The position numbers were made by a program, and so were the translations under genes. The notes beneath the pieces are model-generated. The model was given only the letters and a program-made list of their open reading frames with translations. It was not told the origin of the DNA and searched no databases. 64,000 nt of DNA, taken from positions 25,854,001 to 25,918,000 of the forward strand of contig NC_135822.1 of assembly GCF_964213995.1 (NCBI RefSeq). Direction: 5' to 3'. This stretch comes from Mustelus asterias. Lineage: Eukaryota. Positions 47,441 through 59,419 of the stretch are shown here, piece after piece. The number at the start of each line of letters is the position of its first letter. The first letter of the stretch is position 1.

Positions 47441-48084
47441 ATTAGTAGATATGATTGATGTTTGCTGGTTCTGGACCACCTGCAACTCTGGAGCTAAATG
47501 TGGCTCTTTAACATTTCATTTGCGGCTCCCTGCCGTTTCCAGTTGGATCACATTAAAGTGAAAAAAGCCTAAAACCAGAAAATTAAGTCGAGAAAAGTAA
47601 GAGTCGTGTTTTTATTGTGGGAATAAAGAGCTAATTATTTTGCTGCACTTTTGCGGTCTCAAATGATTATTTTAAGGAAAAACATTGTGCTCTAAATAAA
47701 CCGGTTCACGTGGCATAGCCACAGCAAAGGGGTTATACATATGGCCTTTGCTTCGAAGAACAGATTTGGTGGTTGTGACCATTATAGCTGAGACGATAAA
47801 TTATTCTGAATGTGCTATTAGAAACAATCAATAGCCAAAGAGGTTGTCTTAATTCTACACATCTTAAGGTAAAGTTGTTGTAAAGATAACCACTGACAAA
47901 ATTGTAGTTTTTAAAAAAAATAGTTTTATAAATGATAATTCTGAGCTAACTTTTATTTTGGTTTCTCTTTCTATTGACTTAAAAAATGCATGTATTGAAT
48001 TTATTAATTATGCAAATTTGCATTCTACCAGGGACACTCCACAATTTGCCCAAGTATTTGATTTAGAAATGTTGAATATTCAAC

Positions 48085-48403
48085 TTAAAAGTTAAAGTGA
48101 AGTTTATTTATTAGTCACAAGTAAGGCTTACATTCACACTGTAATGAAGTTACTGTGAAAATCCCCTAGTCGCCACATTCCGGCACCTGTTCCGATACAC
48201 TGAGGAAGAATTTAGCTGGGCCAATCCACCTAACCTGCACATCTTTGGACTGTGGGAGGAAACTGGAGCACCCGGAGTAAACCCATACAGACACGGGGAG
48301 AACTTGCAAACTCCACACAGACAGTGACCCAAGCCGGGAATCGAACCTGGGTCCCTGGTGTTGTGAGGCAGCAGTGCTAACTGCTGTGCCACCGTGCTGC
48401 CCC
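48085..48403 (-). mobile_element. V-SINE, tail type ii
   Basis: Full-length copy in reverse orientation. Confidence 0.9.
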
Positions 48404-49331
48404 ACTATTGGTTCCCAATAGTTTTTGTTGCAGGCAGTTTCAGTTTCATTAGAAAAGGCGCTTAAAGTAAAACAAGGCTGGCGACCCCTGTTCTAGATCC
48501 TTCAATGTAAGAGATTTCGGACTAGAAACAGGAGAAACCTTTTTACACCCTGGATTGCACAATTAGAGTTTGTGATTGATAAAGGCCATGTCAACATTTA
48601 AGAATAAGTGGTTGAAGAAAAGATGAAGGCACTGGGATGTACACATGACATTAGTACTACATTAGTAAGGTTAAAAAATCAACATTGACTGGTTGGCCTG
48701 AATAACCTACTTCCATTTTGCCATTATATAATTCTCTGGTTTGATTCTCTGGCAAGAATACGTTGGAGATACAACAACTGGATTTGAAGTTACAGAAGCA
48801 GCAACAAGACAAAAAAAAATCGGCCACACTGCATCAGTAAAGGGCTTGAGTAACAAGAATGGGAAGAGCTGCAAACTGGCCATGAATTTGCCATTACAGG
48901 AATTAGTTCCCCTTTAAATGCAAGTTCCTGACTAGTCGGTGTTTCTGCTCTTTGCCACTTTGCAGTGACCCTCAGCTGGAATATTTTTGATTGTGGGTTG
49001 AGAGGCAGGGTTGGGCTCACCTGTGGTCCTTTTCTACATCTCTCTATCAAATAATCTGCTGCAAGTTACTGCCTGGACTCGAGCATGAAAACACCCGAAG
49101 CAGCAGCTTTTGGGGGAGTAGGGTGGAGAACCGGTAATGAACTTGAGAAATAATGTTGTCACGCTAGTTTCTTCTAAAACCTGTACTGATTTGATCCCAG
49201 ACAGCTGAAACTTCCCCAAACTCTCATTTCTTCCTCTCTCCCACATCTCTCCCACCAGCATCACCAATATTTGTTACTGTAAACAAAATGTTGATGTATC
49301 AAATGCATTAACGTTGGGTTTTGTATTTCAG

Positions 49332-49398
49332 CAATGAGAACAGTGCTGTGGTAAAGGAAGAGCTTCGTCCAGATGGAAAAAGAAAGATCACGTACCAG
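49332..49398 (+). CDS. UTP3: UTP3 exon 14 (NENSAVVKEELRPDGKRKITYQ)
   Basis: tatttcag / gtttct (weak donor), phase 2-0; KR.ITYQ motif. Confidence 0.9.
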
Positions 49399-49679
49399 GT
49401 TTCTATCTCAATTCTAACATAACATCATTTATTATTTATCTGCTTTAGAACTGTTTTTTAAATTTTTTTCTGGACCGACTGGAAGCTTGTAATGCTTTGT
49501 AGAACTCAAATCTTAAGACTTGACCAATTTCTTTCCAGTTATAATGGTAAGGATTTATTATTCAATTCAAAAAGAACATTTACAATCCTAAATCTCTACC
49601 AACCAAAGGGGAGGTTGGACAGTCAGTGCACAGCTCAATGTTTGCTGCTGTATAACATACTATATTCAATCCCTCCATC

Positions 49680-50045
49680 ACCGATGAACAGTGGTAGCAG
49701 TTACCACTACAAGATGCACTGCAGGAACTCACTAAGGATCCTTAGCCAGCACCTTCCAAATCCAAGACCCCCACCATCTAGAAGGACAAGAGCTGCAGAT
49801 ACCTGGGAACAATCACCACCTGCAGGTTCCCTTCCAAGTCACTCACCATCCTGACTTGGAAATATATCACCGTTCCTTCACTACTGCTAGGTCAAAATCC
49901 TGGAATTCCCTCCCTAACAGCACTGTCGATGTACCTACACCTCAGGGATTGCAGCAGTTCAATAAGGCAGCTCACCACCACATTCTCGAGGGCAACTAGG
50001 GATGGGCAATAAATGCTGGCCTCACCCACATCCTGTGAAAATTAA
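49680..50045 (+). mobile_element. CR1-type (second family) 3' end
   Basis: Same sequence as 20865-21210 in the opposite orientation. Confidence 0.8.
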
Positions 50046-50427
50046 AAAATATTAATGAGCACATGGCACTTCAGGGGCAATATGCTTCCTCTGTTCCTTG
50101 TGGGAGGGAACGCTGTGGTTTTACATGTGTCCAGTTGGATGAGAGCTTCCCAAGCAGAGAATCCAAGATTGCTATTAATTATGAGCATGCAATCTAATCA
50201 GACTTTGGTACAGAAAACTGTGGGACTGGACGTTATAAACGTGCTGGTCACATTCACATTTAGGGTGTTTTATGTGCTGTTGTGTGGAAGATGAACTCTG
50301 AAACACGTGTTAATCTTTAGTTGAGCAATACGCCCATTGAACTTTTCAATTCATAATATTTGATTACAAAGATCTTGTAATCAAATTGTCTATGGATGCT
50401 TCTTAAACTCCATTTGATTCTCTACAG

Positions 50428-50535
50428 ATCTTCAAGAATAAAGGTCTCACGCCTAGGAGGAAGAAGATTGATCGTAATCCCCGAGTCAAGCACCGAGAGA
50501 AATTCAGACGTGCTAAAATACGAAGGAAGGGCCAG
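50428..50535 (+). CDS. UTP3: UTP3 exon 15 (IFKNKGLTPRRKKIDRNPRVKHREKFRRAKIRRKGQ)
   Basis: tctacag / gtaagt, phase 0-0; Sas10 C-terminal domain. Confidence 0.97.
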
Positions 50536-50869
50536 GTAAGTGAAGGACACCCTAAGGAGTTGGTCGTGGAGAGTTGTTTTTATTTAAATAAAATGGGTCA
50601 TTGACATCTTTTAAATAGTTTAATTATGACTGTGGAAATGTGTCAGCTGCTGCTTACCAACAGGCGAGAAGATGTCAGACAATCTAAAGTGGGTCTATCT
50701 TTAAGTAGTCAAAAATAAGAAAATCCTATTATTTTCAAAAGAAGTTGGATTTAAAAAGGCAATCAGGAAGTAAAGCAAGTCAAAGTCAAGCAAGCAAGGT
50801 TAAATAATGTAGTAGAAATAAACTAAAGTAAAATAAAGTTAACAAAAAGGGATTTTAATTGAAGCCATG

Positions 50870-53505
50870 GCAGCACAGCTTGGTCACGTGAATGCATATC
50901 CTGTAATATGTTGGAAATCGTGGACGCTGCCAGTATCCTAGATAACCACGTGTAGGAAGTGTCACCATTTGCAGAAACTTGAGCCACGGGTTTCGGAGCT
51001 TGAATGGCGGCTAGAGTCACTGTTGCACATCCAGGAGGCTGAGAGCCATGTGGATAGCACATTTAAAGAGCTGGTCACATCGCAGCTTAAGAGGCTGGAG
51101 GCAGAATGGGAAGGGTGACCTCCAGGCAGTCCAAGAGAACTGGGCAGGTAATGCTGGGGTCCTGCTCACCAATTGGTTTTCCGTTTTGGTTACTGATTGT
51201 CCCTGGGAGGAGTGCAGTCTGTGGCTCTGCTGTAGAGGAGGGGAGGGAAAAGAAAGGAAGAGCAATAGTGATGAGGGATTTGTTAGCTAGGGAAAGAGAG
51301 ATGTTTCTGTAGCCATAGATGTGACTGCAGGGTGGGATGTTGCCTCCCTGGTGCCTTGATCAAGGATGCCACAGAACAGCTGAAAAGCTTCTGCGGCAGG
51401 ATGATCAGCAGGATGATCAGCAGGATGTTGTGGTCCACATTAATGGCTTAGGAAGGAATGGTGATAAGGCCCTGAAAGCAGATTTCGGGGAGTTGGGGAA
51501 GGGGATTGAAAAGCAGGATCTCTAAAGCTGTAATCTCAGGATTACTGCCAGTCCTACATGCCAGTGAGCATAGAAATTGGAGAATTGAGCGATTAAATAC
51601 CTGGCTGGAATGCTGGTGTAGGAGAGAGGATATCAGATTTCTGAGACATTGGGACCGCTTCTGGGGAAGGTGGGACCTGTACAAGCTCGAATGGTACAGG
51701 TGAACCGGACTGCGAAGAATGTCTTTGCAGGGATATTCGCTAGTGCTGTTGCGGGCCCAAGGGTTGGCGCAGTTTAAACTAGTGGCAGGGGATGGGAAGC
51801 TGAAGGCAAATAGTTTTCAGGCAAGATAGAGAAGGATTAAAAAAGGTGGGTGTAGGAATATTGGTTAAAGAATCAATTACAGCTGGACAAGACCTTGAGA
51901 GGTTGAGCTCAGGAATGAAAACGGGGCAGCTACATTGCAAGGAGCGTACTCAGGCTTCCCAAAGAGTGGAGGGGAGTTAGAACAGCAAATATGTACGCAT
52001 ATTTCTGATTTTTAAAAAAAAGGGGAATGTTAGTCAGAGACTTAACTACCCTAATATCAATTGATGTACGAATAGTGTGAAGAGCACGGGGGACGCAATA
52101 TTCTTGGATCTGAATTTTATACTCCACCCCTCCTCACACCGGCTCTCTTCACTTCGTCCCAGGCACAACACTGCAACACCACTACCTGGATGGGCTGGAG
52201 AGCTATTAGCCAATCTGATTGGCTCATAGCTCTCTATGGCAGGATTTCCTTTCAAGCCTGCTGCCAATCAATGTTTATTTGAGCGTGAAATGGCAGCATG
52301 TCTGTCAGAGTTGGTGGGGCTTTCAGGGCCTTATCACCATTCCTTCCGAAGTCGTTCATGTGGAAAAATTCAGGCCTTGACCTGCATTCAAGAGAACCTT
52401 TTTTAGCCAACGCCTAAGAAGCCCATAGCGAGGGGGTGCGATTCTAGATTTAGTCTTGGGAAAAGTGAGGTAATGCATTTGGGGAGGGCAAACAAAGCAG
52501 GGGAATGCTCATTAAACGGGAAGATGTTGAGAGAGGTAGAGGAAGTGAGGCACCTTGGTGTGCATATCCACAGGTACCGGAAGTGGCAGGACAGGTGGAT
52601 AAAATGGTCAAGAAAGCAAATAGAATGCTTTCCTTTATTGAGTGAGGTATTGAATATAAAAACAGGGATGTAATGATGGAACTGTATAAAACACTGGTTA
52701 GGCCACAGCTGGAATTTTGTGTACAGTTCTGGTCACCACATTACAGGACGGACATAACTGCTCTGGAGAGAGTGCAGAGGAGGTTTACAAGAATATTGCC
52801 AGGGCTTGAAAATTGCTGCTATGAGGAGAGATTGGATAGACTATGGTTGTTTTCCTTAGAACAGCAGAGGCTGAGGGATGTCCTGATAAAAGTGTACAAA
52901 ATTATGAGGGGCCTAGATTGGGGAGACAGGAAAGACCTGTTTTCCCCTAGTTGAGGGGTCAATTTCCAGGGGGGAAAAATCCTTGGTAGAAGGATTAAAT
53001 CATAGAATTGCTACAGTGCAGAAGGAGGCCATTCGGCCTATCGAGTCTGCACCCACCACAATCCCACCCAGACCCTATTCCTGTAACCCCACACATTTAC
53101 CCTGCAAATCCCCCTGACAATAGAATCAATTTAGCATGGCCAATCAACCTAAGCAGCACATCTTTGGACTGTGGGAGGAAACCGGAGCACCCGGAGGAAA
53201 CCCATGCAGACACGGGGAGAATGTGCAAACTCCACAAAGATTGGAGGGAACATGATGAAAAACCTTTTCACCCAGAGGGTGCTGGGCATCTGGAATTCAC
53301 TGCCCAAATTGGTGCTTGAAGCTGAATTGCTCTCAGCATTTAAAAGTTACCGGGATCTGTACCTAAAGCTGTGTAACCTGCAAGGCTACAGACCAGAGGT
53401 TGGGAAATGGGATTAAAATGAGTTCCTGCTTTCTTTTTTTTTTTGGCTGCGCAGACACGATGGGCTGATGGCTTCTTTCTGTGCTGTAACTTTTCTATGG
53501 TTCTA
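50870..53505 (+). mobile_element. Fragmented CR1 (ORF1 esterase region to ORF2 3' end) with a nested MITE (about 52106-52377) and a minus-strand V-SINE (about 53000-53237)
   Basis: KSRISKAVISGLLPV..LNTWLECWCRRE..FLRHWD (ORF1); LYKTLVRPQLEFCVQFWSP (ORF2); TTCTATGG tail. Confidence 0.8.
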
Positions 53506-54044
53506 GAATAAAATTGAAAATGGCTCCCCTAGCCTTTGTAGAAATTTTCCTGTGAGTGACCGACTGATTCTAGGATGGTACCGTGAATGGTAGTGCTCAG
53601 TGACATGGCGCTGAACTGAAGTAATGTGTTTATATTGTGTGCGGCAGAATCCAATATTAGTTTCTGGAGAAGGTACATCATAGGCAACTAAATAAATAAC
53701 TGGGATTGATCCCAGAAGCTATGAGAAGAGGCATTAGAAATCAAAATAATTATACTTGACAAGGTTCGAGACTAATCTTGCTAAGGCCATACAAACTAAA
53801 ATGTTGGTTGTAGTCAGCAACTATACGAACTGCAGCAATTCAAGAAGGCAACTCACCACTTCCTCAGGGACAATTAGTTATGGCAGTAAATGCTGGCCTA
53901 TGATGCCAACATTCCATGACTGAATATATTTTGTTGGCCTGAGAAAGGATTGAGACTATGAGGCAAAGTTTTGTTTGTTAGTTAGACTTTCCCTTGCATT
54001 CGTCGGCTCAAAAAATGCTTTCCTGTACAATTGCAGTAAGTGCA

Positions 54045-54357
54045 AGTGGCACAATGATTAGCACTGTTGCCTCACAGTGCTAGAGATCCAGGTTCAATTC
54101 CAGCCACGGGTCACTGTCTGTGTGGAGTTTGCACATTCTCCCCGTGTCTGTGGGTTTCCTCCCATAGGTTAAAGATGTGCAGGTTAGGTGGATTGGCTAT
54201 GCTAAATTGTCCCTTAGTGTCTGAAGATGTGTAGGTCAGGGGATTAATGGGATTACAGGAATAGGGCCTGGATGGGATACTGTCAAAGAGTCGGTGCAAA
54301 CTCGATGGGCCAAATGGCCTCATTCTGCACTGTAAGGATTTTATGATTCTTCTATGA
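54045..54357 (+). mobile_element. V-SINE, tail type i
   Basis: tRNA head, V-domain and tail. Confidence 0.85.
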
Positions 54358-55204
54358 ATATCAACCTGAGGGAATCTGTACATGTGGAACCCGATTGAAC
54401 ATGGAATCTTATTAACCAATGAGATTTTAAAGTTTTAAAATTAAATACCAAGCACTCCAAGCAAGGTGAATTAAAGGAGTGAATTCCATGGTAAATCAGG
54501 TATAGAAAGAGAGTTTCAAAGACAGCAAGGAAAAAAAGAAATGATTTTAAAGATACTCCCTGGAAAAATTCAAAAGCTGAAGGAATAAGGGAACAGTTCT
54601 GGTCACCACATTACAGGATGGACATAACTGCTCTGGAGAGAGTGCACTTGATTTTCAGTGCCAGAATGGTTGCGTAGCAATCATTAATACTCATCACAAA
54701 ATTAAAAAGGTACATACACTAGTTATGATGAGACTCAACTGTGGTAATGGGCAAATAAATAAAGTTCCAAAAAAATCTGGAAGGCTAAATCTGCAAGCTA
54801 CTGGTGGAATTCAGACTGCAACTTTTGGATATTTGCATTTAACTGTGCACCTGGTCCTCTTGAGTGCAGTATAATTTGCTGCGTTACTGTGTCATAACAA
54901 ACTATGGCCCAATGTTCATATGGAAGACTCTGGGACCACCAGAACGGAGCATCCCCTAATGATGTGCTGGATGAAACATTTGAGAATCACCCAAGAGTGG
55001 ATATTTGTACTGAATCCATAATTTAAACTCTCTCATAACTGCATACCAGTGGATCATTCCTTGGTAATATAGCTATCTCTGTATTTCCCCCAAACTTTAA
55101 CAGCACATACGCCGACAATATATATTTTTTGTGTTGAGATTTCTCCTTTAAGCCCAGTGTCTCAGTTTATTTACATCAGTCAATGAGAGATTTCAATTTT
55201 GCAG

Positions 55205-55294
55205 GTACGTGAAGTCCGTAGAGAGGAACATCGATATGGCGGTGAGCTGTCTGGAATCCGTGCTGGAGTTAAGAAGAGCATCAAGCTTCAGTGA
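55205..55294 (+). CDS. UTP3: UTP3 exon 16 (VREVRREEHRYGGELSGIRAGVKKSIKLQ*)
   Basis: ttttgcag acceptor, TGA at 55292-55294. Confidence 0.97.
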   Translation, partial: VREVRREEHRYGGELSGIRAGVKKSIKLQ

Positions 55295-55376
55295 TCTTGC
55301 TGCCTCCTGTCGAACATCTGCAACTTGGAAGCCCGGGGTATATCCACTCTCTCTTTGTAATGTATTTATAGAGTTT

Positions 55377-55382
55377 AATAAA
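55377..55382 (+). terminator. UTP3 polyadenylation signal
   Basis: AATAAA 83 nt after the stop, upstream TGTA elements, downstream GT-rich tract. Confidence 0.7.
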
Positions 55383-56224
55383 GAATTTGTACATTTTTAC
55401 TGTGTTTATAATCCATTGGTAAAGCTGTGGACTAATGGAGTTTGTAATTACAGGCTATTAAAATACTACACCCAAGTTATGGATGGCATACAATCTCAAT
55501 CTACATTAGGAGTTGCAGCCTAGAAATTCCATTGTGTGTATTTTTTGTATCTTCAATCTGTTGTTTTAATGGAGGCATCAACCTGTTTGTTAACTGGTTA
55601 ACATCTCCATCAAAATAGATGGTAAAGTTTAATGTGTGTTGCAACAACACACGGCAATTTCCAGGCTTTGCATCATTTTCTGCTCAATTGCTGCTGGAGG
55701 TGATATACCCATCATTCTGAATGTATTATTGGTTTGTAAATGTGCTGTGCCACAGAATAAGAGGTATTCCTAAACAAATTGCCAGGAAAACATTATTACA
55801 TTTCCTGGCAGTTGTTTGAGGTGACAGTGGGGCAAGTCAATTGCTGTTTACCATCCTTCACATTGCATAATTTCTGCTGGATTGCTGATATTGAAGGTGG
55901 CTGTTCTTGAGTGACTTCCATGCTGTGCTGTATGGAGGCACTAGTGCAAATTAAAAATGCTGTTCTCATTATAAAGAACAGAAAATTTTATTTAATAGAG
56001 AATTTAAGAATGAACAGAACATGGTAATTTTGAGAGGTTCAAACACCTTTTTATAGTGGAGTCATGAGGTTAATCAGTTATTCCCAAATCTTTATAGTTG
56101 GAGGTGACAGCTAAGCCCAGTCTTGTCCTGAACTTTAATCAATACACTTTCCAATAGCAGCTGAATGAGCAGAAACTCTTCAATGATTTAGCCACCCAAG
56201 CAATGGTAGTGTAGGGTAAATTAA

Positions 56225-56459
56225 AAGTATGTCATAAGTAGGCTTATATTAACACTGCAATGAGGTTACCGTGAAAATCCCCGTCACCACATTCTGGCGC
56301 CTGTTCGGGTACACTGAGGGAGAATTTAGCACGGCCAATCCACCTAACCAACACATCTTTTAGACTGTGGGAGCAAACCCCACGGACGGTAACCCAAGCC
56401 GGGAATCAACCCGGGTCTCTGGCGCTGTGAGGCAGCAGTGCTAACCACTGTGCCACCGT
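56225..56459 (-). mobile_element. V-SINE, tail type ii, internally deleted
   Basis: Reverse copy. Confidence 0.8.
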
Positions 56460-56580
56460 TGTTAGTTTCAATGAAAGGTATATAAACTTTGGCTGAAAAG
56501 GACTGGATTTAGTCTAGAAAGTGAATGTTGATAGCTAACAGAATAGAGACAGGCTCTTTTCTACAATGAATCAGTACCTG

Positions 56581-56858
56581 AGGCGGCACAGTAGCTAGCA
56601 CTGCTGCCTCTCAGTTCCAGGGACCTAGGTTCGATTCCCAGCTTGGGTCACTCTGTGTGGAGTTTGCACATTCTCCTCCCACAGTCCAAAGATGTGTGGG
56701 TTAGGTTGATTGGCCATGCTAAAATTGCCCCTTAGTGTCCTGAGATGCATAGGTTAGAGGGATTAGTGGGTAAATGTGCAGCGATATGGGGATTGTGGTT
56801 GGTGCAGACTCGATGGGCCAGATGGCCTCTTTCTGCACTGTAGGGTTTCTATGATTCT
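56581..56858 (+). mobile_element. V-SINE, tail type i
   Basis: tRNA head and CR1-like tail. Confidence 0.85.
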
Positions 56859-57452
56859 ACAGGAGAAGAGGGAATGTGATGAATATGCAGAGTTTTAATC
56901 CCACCTGACTGAATTGAATGAACATTTGCAACAACAAGGTATCACATGCCTGTAAATGTACTGATGTGGATTGGCAAGAGTTACCAAAAGAGAAATCACA
57001 AATGGTATAATTAATATACATCACTCAATTTTATTTCAATTTGGGATCAAGAAATCCCTACAACTTTTTCTGCTCGTGTTTGTGAAAGCTGGATCTCTGC
57101 TACAAAATTTGGTTCTAGTTATCCAGTGAATTCACCAACAATATTGATAAGTTTTTTTTCTTGTTCCAGTAATACAGCTGCAATTATTGAGTCCATCAAC
57201 CACCGGCACCAGAAATTAATTCAAAAGATACAGATTAAATAGCAATCACACCATGCCAAGTGCCATCACTCATTGTAGTTATGTGCCTTTGACTTACAGA
57301 AAAGTTCTGTATTTCCCATTCCATAGCACACACTTCTCTGTGGTACCTTTTTATCAGTTCATGTAGGCTCATGGAGGAAATTTTAATGTAGTCAGAAGCC
57401 AAGTCTAATAGTTAGCCCAAACTACATACATTAGTGCATGTTTTTAAAAACC

Positions 57453-57492
57453 TTTATTAAGCATAATGCCAGATTTCCCAGCTGGCTTTATT
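57453..57492 (-). terminator. Candidate PPCS polyadenylation signals
   Basis: AATAAA on the minus strand at 57487-57492 and 57453-57458; further candidates at 57030-57035 and 55987-55992. Confidence 0.5.
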
Positions 57493-57570
57493 CACAAATG
57501 CCAAGTTTTTTTTAAAAAAAGTAACGTTTTAATAGCTTGTTCCATTTTTATACAATTAACTTATCTTGCA

Positions 57571-57912
57571 TCATGGGTCACATGTAGGATTGTTGCTTTT
57601 CTCAATAAAATTAGTGTGGCAGTCACTCAAGTGTGTCACGATCTTCTCTTCAATTTCATGGTGTTGCTTCACTTCATTTTCTGAAAGTGCCAGGTCAGTT
57701 TGAGAATCGGCAGTTACTATGACAACAAACACCCTCCGCGTTTCAAGGACGTTGGCAACCACAACCTGATGTCTGTAAGTTTCTAAAGCTTTACGTGCTC
57801 GTGCAACCAGCTGTGAAGGATCAGTCTCCAACTTGAAAGATGTAACAAATGCCTGAGGAGCCCAGTCTTTCACGAGAGGGGTAAGCATCTTGGGAACTAT
57901 TTGCATAGTTAG
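57571..57912 (-). CDS. PPCS: PPCS exon 3
   Basis: Acceptor ttttttaaaag; LTMQIVPKML..SFKLETD..; stop TGA. Confidence 0.95.
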   Translation of the reverse strand, partial: LTMQIVPKMLTPLVKDWAPQAFVTSFKLETDPSQLVARARKALETYRHQVVVANVLETRRVFVVIVTADSQTDLALSENEVKQHHEIEEKIVTHLSDCHTNFIEKSNNPTCDP

Positions 57913-58177
57913 CTTTTAAAAAACAAATCAGATTCTGACATTCAATAAGCCTAAGAAAACAAAGCTTGCATTATATGTACACATACAATTGCAAGACTTT
58001 CTCCAAGAACAGCCACTTTGTTTCAAAAAATTCTCTATACTTCAAGAGGCAGTCCCCTTAATGGAAAATAGAAAATTGCACAAATGTAACCCCTTACCCA
58101 GTGGGCATGAGAGGACTTCCACTAACGGTTAAACAAATAGTCTTCATAACACTAAGGATAGTCCATCTCTCACTCAC

Positions 58178-58281
58178 CTGCAGAGGGCTAACACCTGATT
58201 GGATTTTGTGTTCTGGCATCTCCGAGGCTGGAATGAAAAAATCCGACACGGCTGCTGCAAGGTAAAACATAGCTTTTGGTC
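58178..58281 (-). CDS. PPCS: PPCS exon 2
   Basis: ttctgcag / gtgagt, phase 1-0; [13 protein letters not shown]. Confidence 0.95.
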
Positions 58282-59419
58282 CTGCAGAACAAAAACAGTT
58301 ACAAATCAGCGACTTCATGATGCTATGTCCTTTAGAAATATAAAGGCTACTTAAGTTAAACAATAGATCTTCCTGTCCATTGAGTAATTGGACTTGTAAA
58401 TTTTAATAGAGCCAACAGTATACAAGTTATTTTTCATCCTGCAGAATAGATGGAACCAATTACATCCCAGTTGCAGGCATTAGTTCTCTGCTCTCTTTAG
58501 CATTGGTCTACCTAGCTAAAAGTCAGGACTCTTGGCCTCTATTGGCACAAAATGTAAGCATATAATGAAGTCAAAAGCTTCAATTGTTTGTGGCTGTAAT
58601 GAAGTGACTCCGCTTGTTCTTGTACTAAAAAGAGTATTTCATGACACATCTGATTGGAATCTCAGGGAAAGTGGGCAGACTTTAATGCACATTTAATGCT
58701 ACTGAAGCGAAATGTATTTTCAGCTGTAATGAAAAGCATATTAAAGTTAATCTCCCAGTTCATGTTAGTGTGTAGAACACGATACTCTGTCTGCAAATCT
58801 GAATAGAACAAACAGCTTTCAACAAAATATCCTCCAGTTTTGACTAGGCTGTATTTTTTCTGAAGTATTATCCTCTGGTACATGCCCCAAGACAGCTGTG
58901 CTGCATTATTGGAGGTGCCATCTTTCAGGTCATTGATAAACTGAGTTTCCATCTTCTCCAGTGGATGCAAAAGATCCCATAGACTATTTCTAAGAGGTCT
59001 CCCCAGTGTCCTGACCAATATTTATCCCTCAATATTAATTTTTTAAAAACTCATGTACTGAAAACATAGCTGCCAATGATGGAGCAATTCATATACAGGG
59101 TACACAAAAGGCCAGAACTGGAGGAATGCAGAGATTTCCGATGGTAGTTGGGCTGAAAAAAGCTACATTGGAATTTGGAAACAAGGATGAGAATTTCAAA
59201 ATTACCATTCCTCAACAGAGTCAGTGCAGGTCAGCAAACACAGGGGTGAGGGTGAATATGATTTCATGTTAGCACACAGGTAGTGGATTTTTGCACGAGC
59301 TTAGGTTTAACAAGGGTAGAATGCAGAGTATTTATTTTGGTAGGAAGAATGAGAAGAGGCACCATAAAATAAAGGATACAATTTTAAAGGGGTTGCAGAA
59401 GCAGAGATAGCTGAAGATA

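Larger units (their letters stand above)
26987..55294 (+). other. UTP3: UTP3/SAS10 SSU processome component gene, 16 coding exons, 1431 nt, 476 aa
   Basis: All junctions GT-AG and phase-consistent; WGQRK..YY.TDY, KESPELLELI, NISFYL.LKA, HPV.ERL and C-terminal RNPRVKHREKF..GIRAGVKKSIKL motifs. Confidence 0.95.

Noticed and set aside
51398-51430. CAGGATGATCAG tandem repeat
   Set aside because: Simple 12-bp slippage duplication within CR1; no spacers, so not CRISPR-like.
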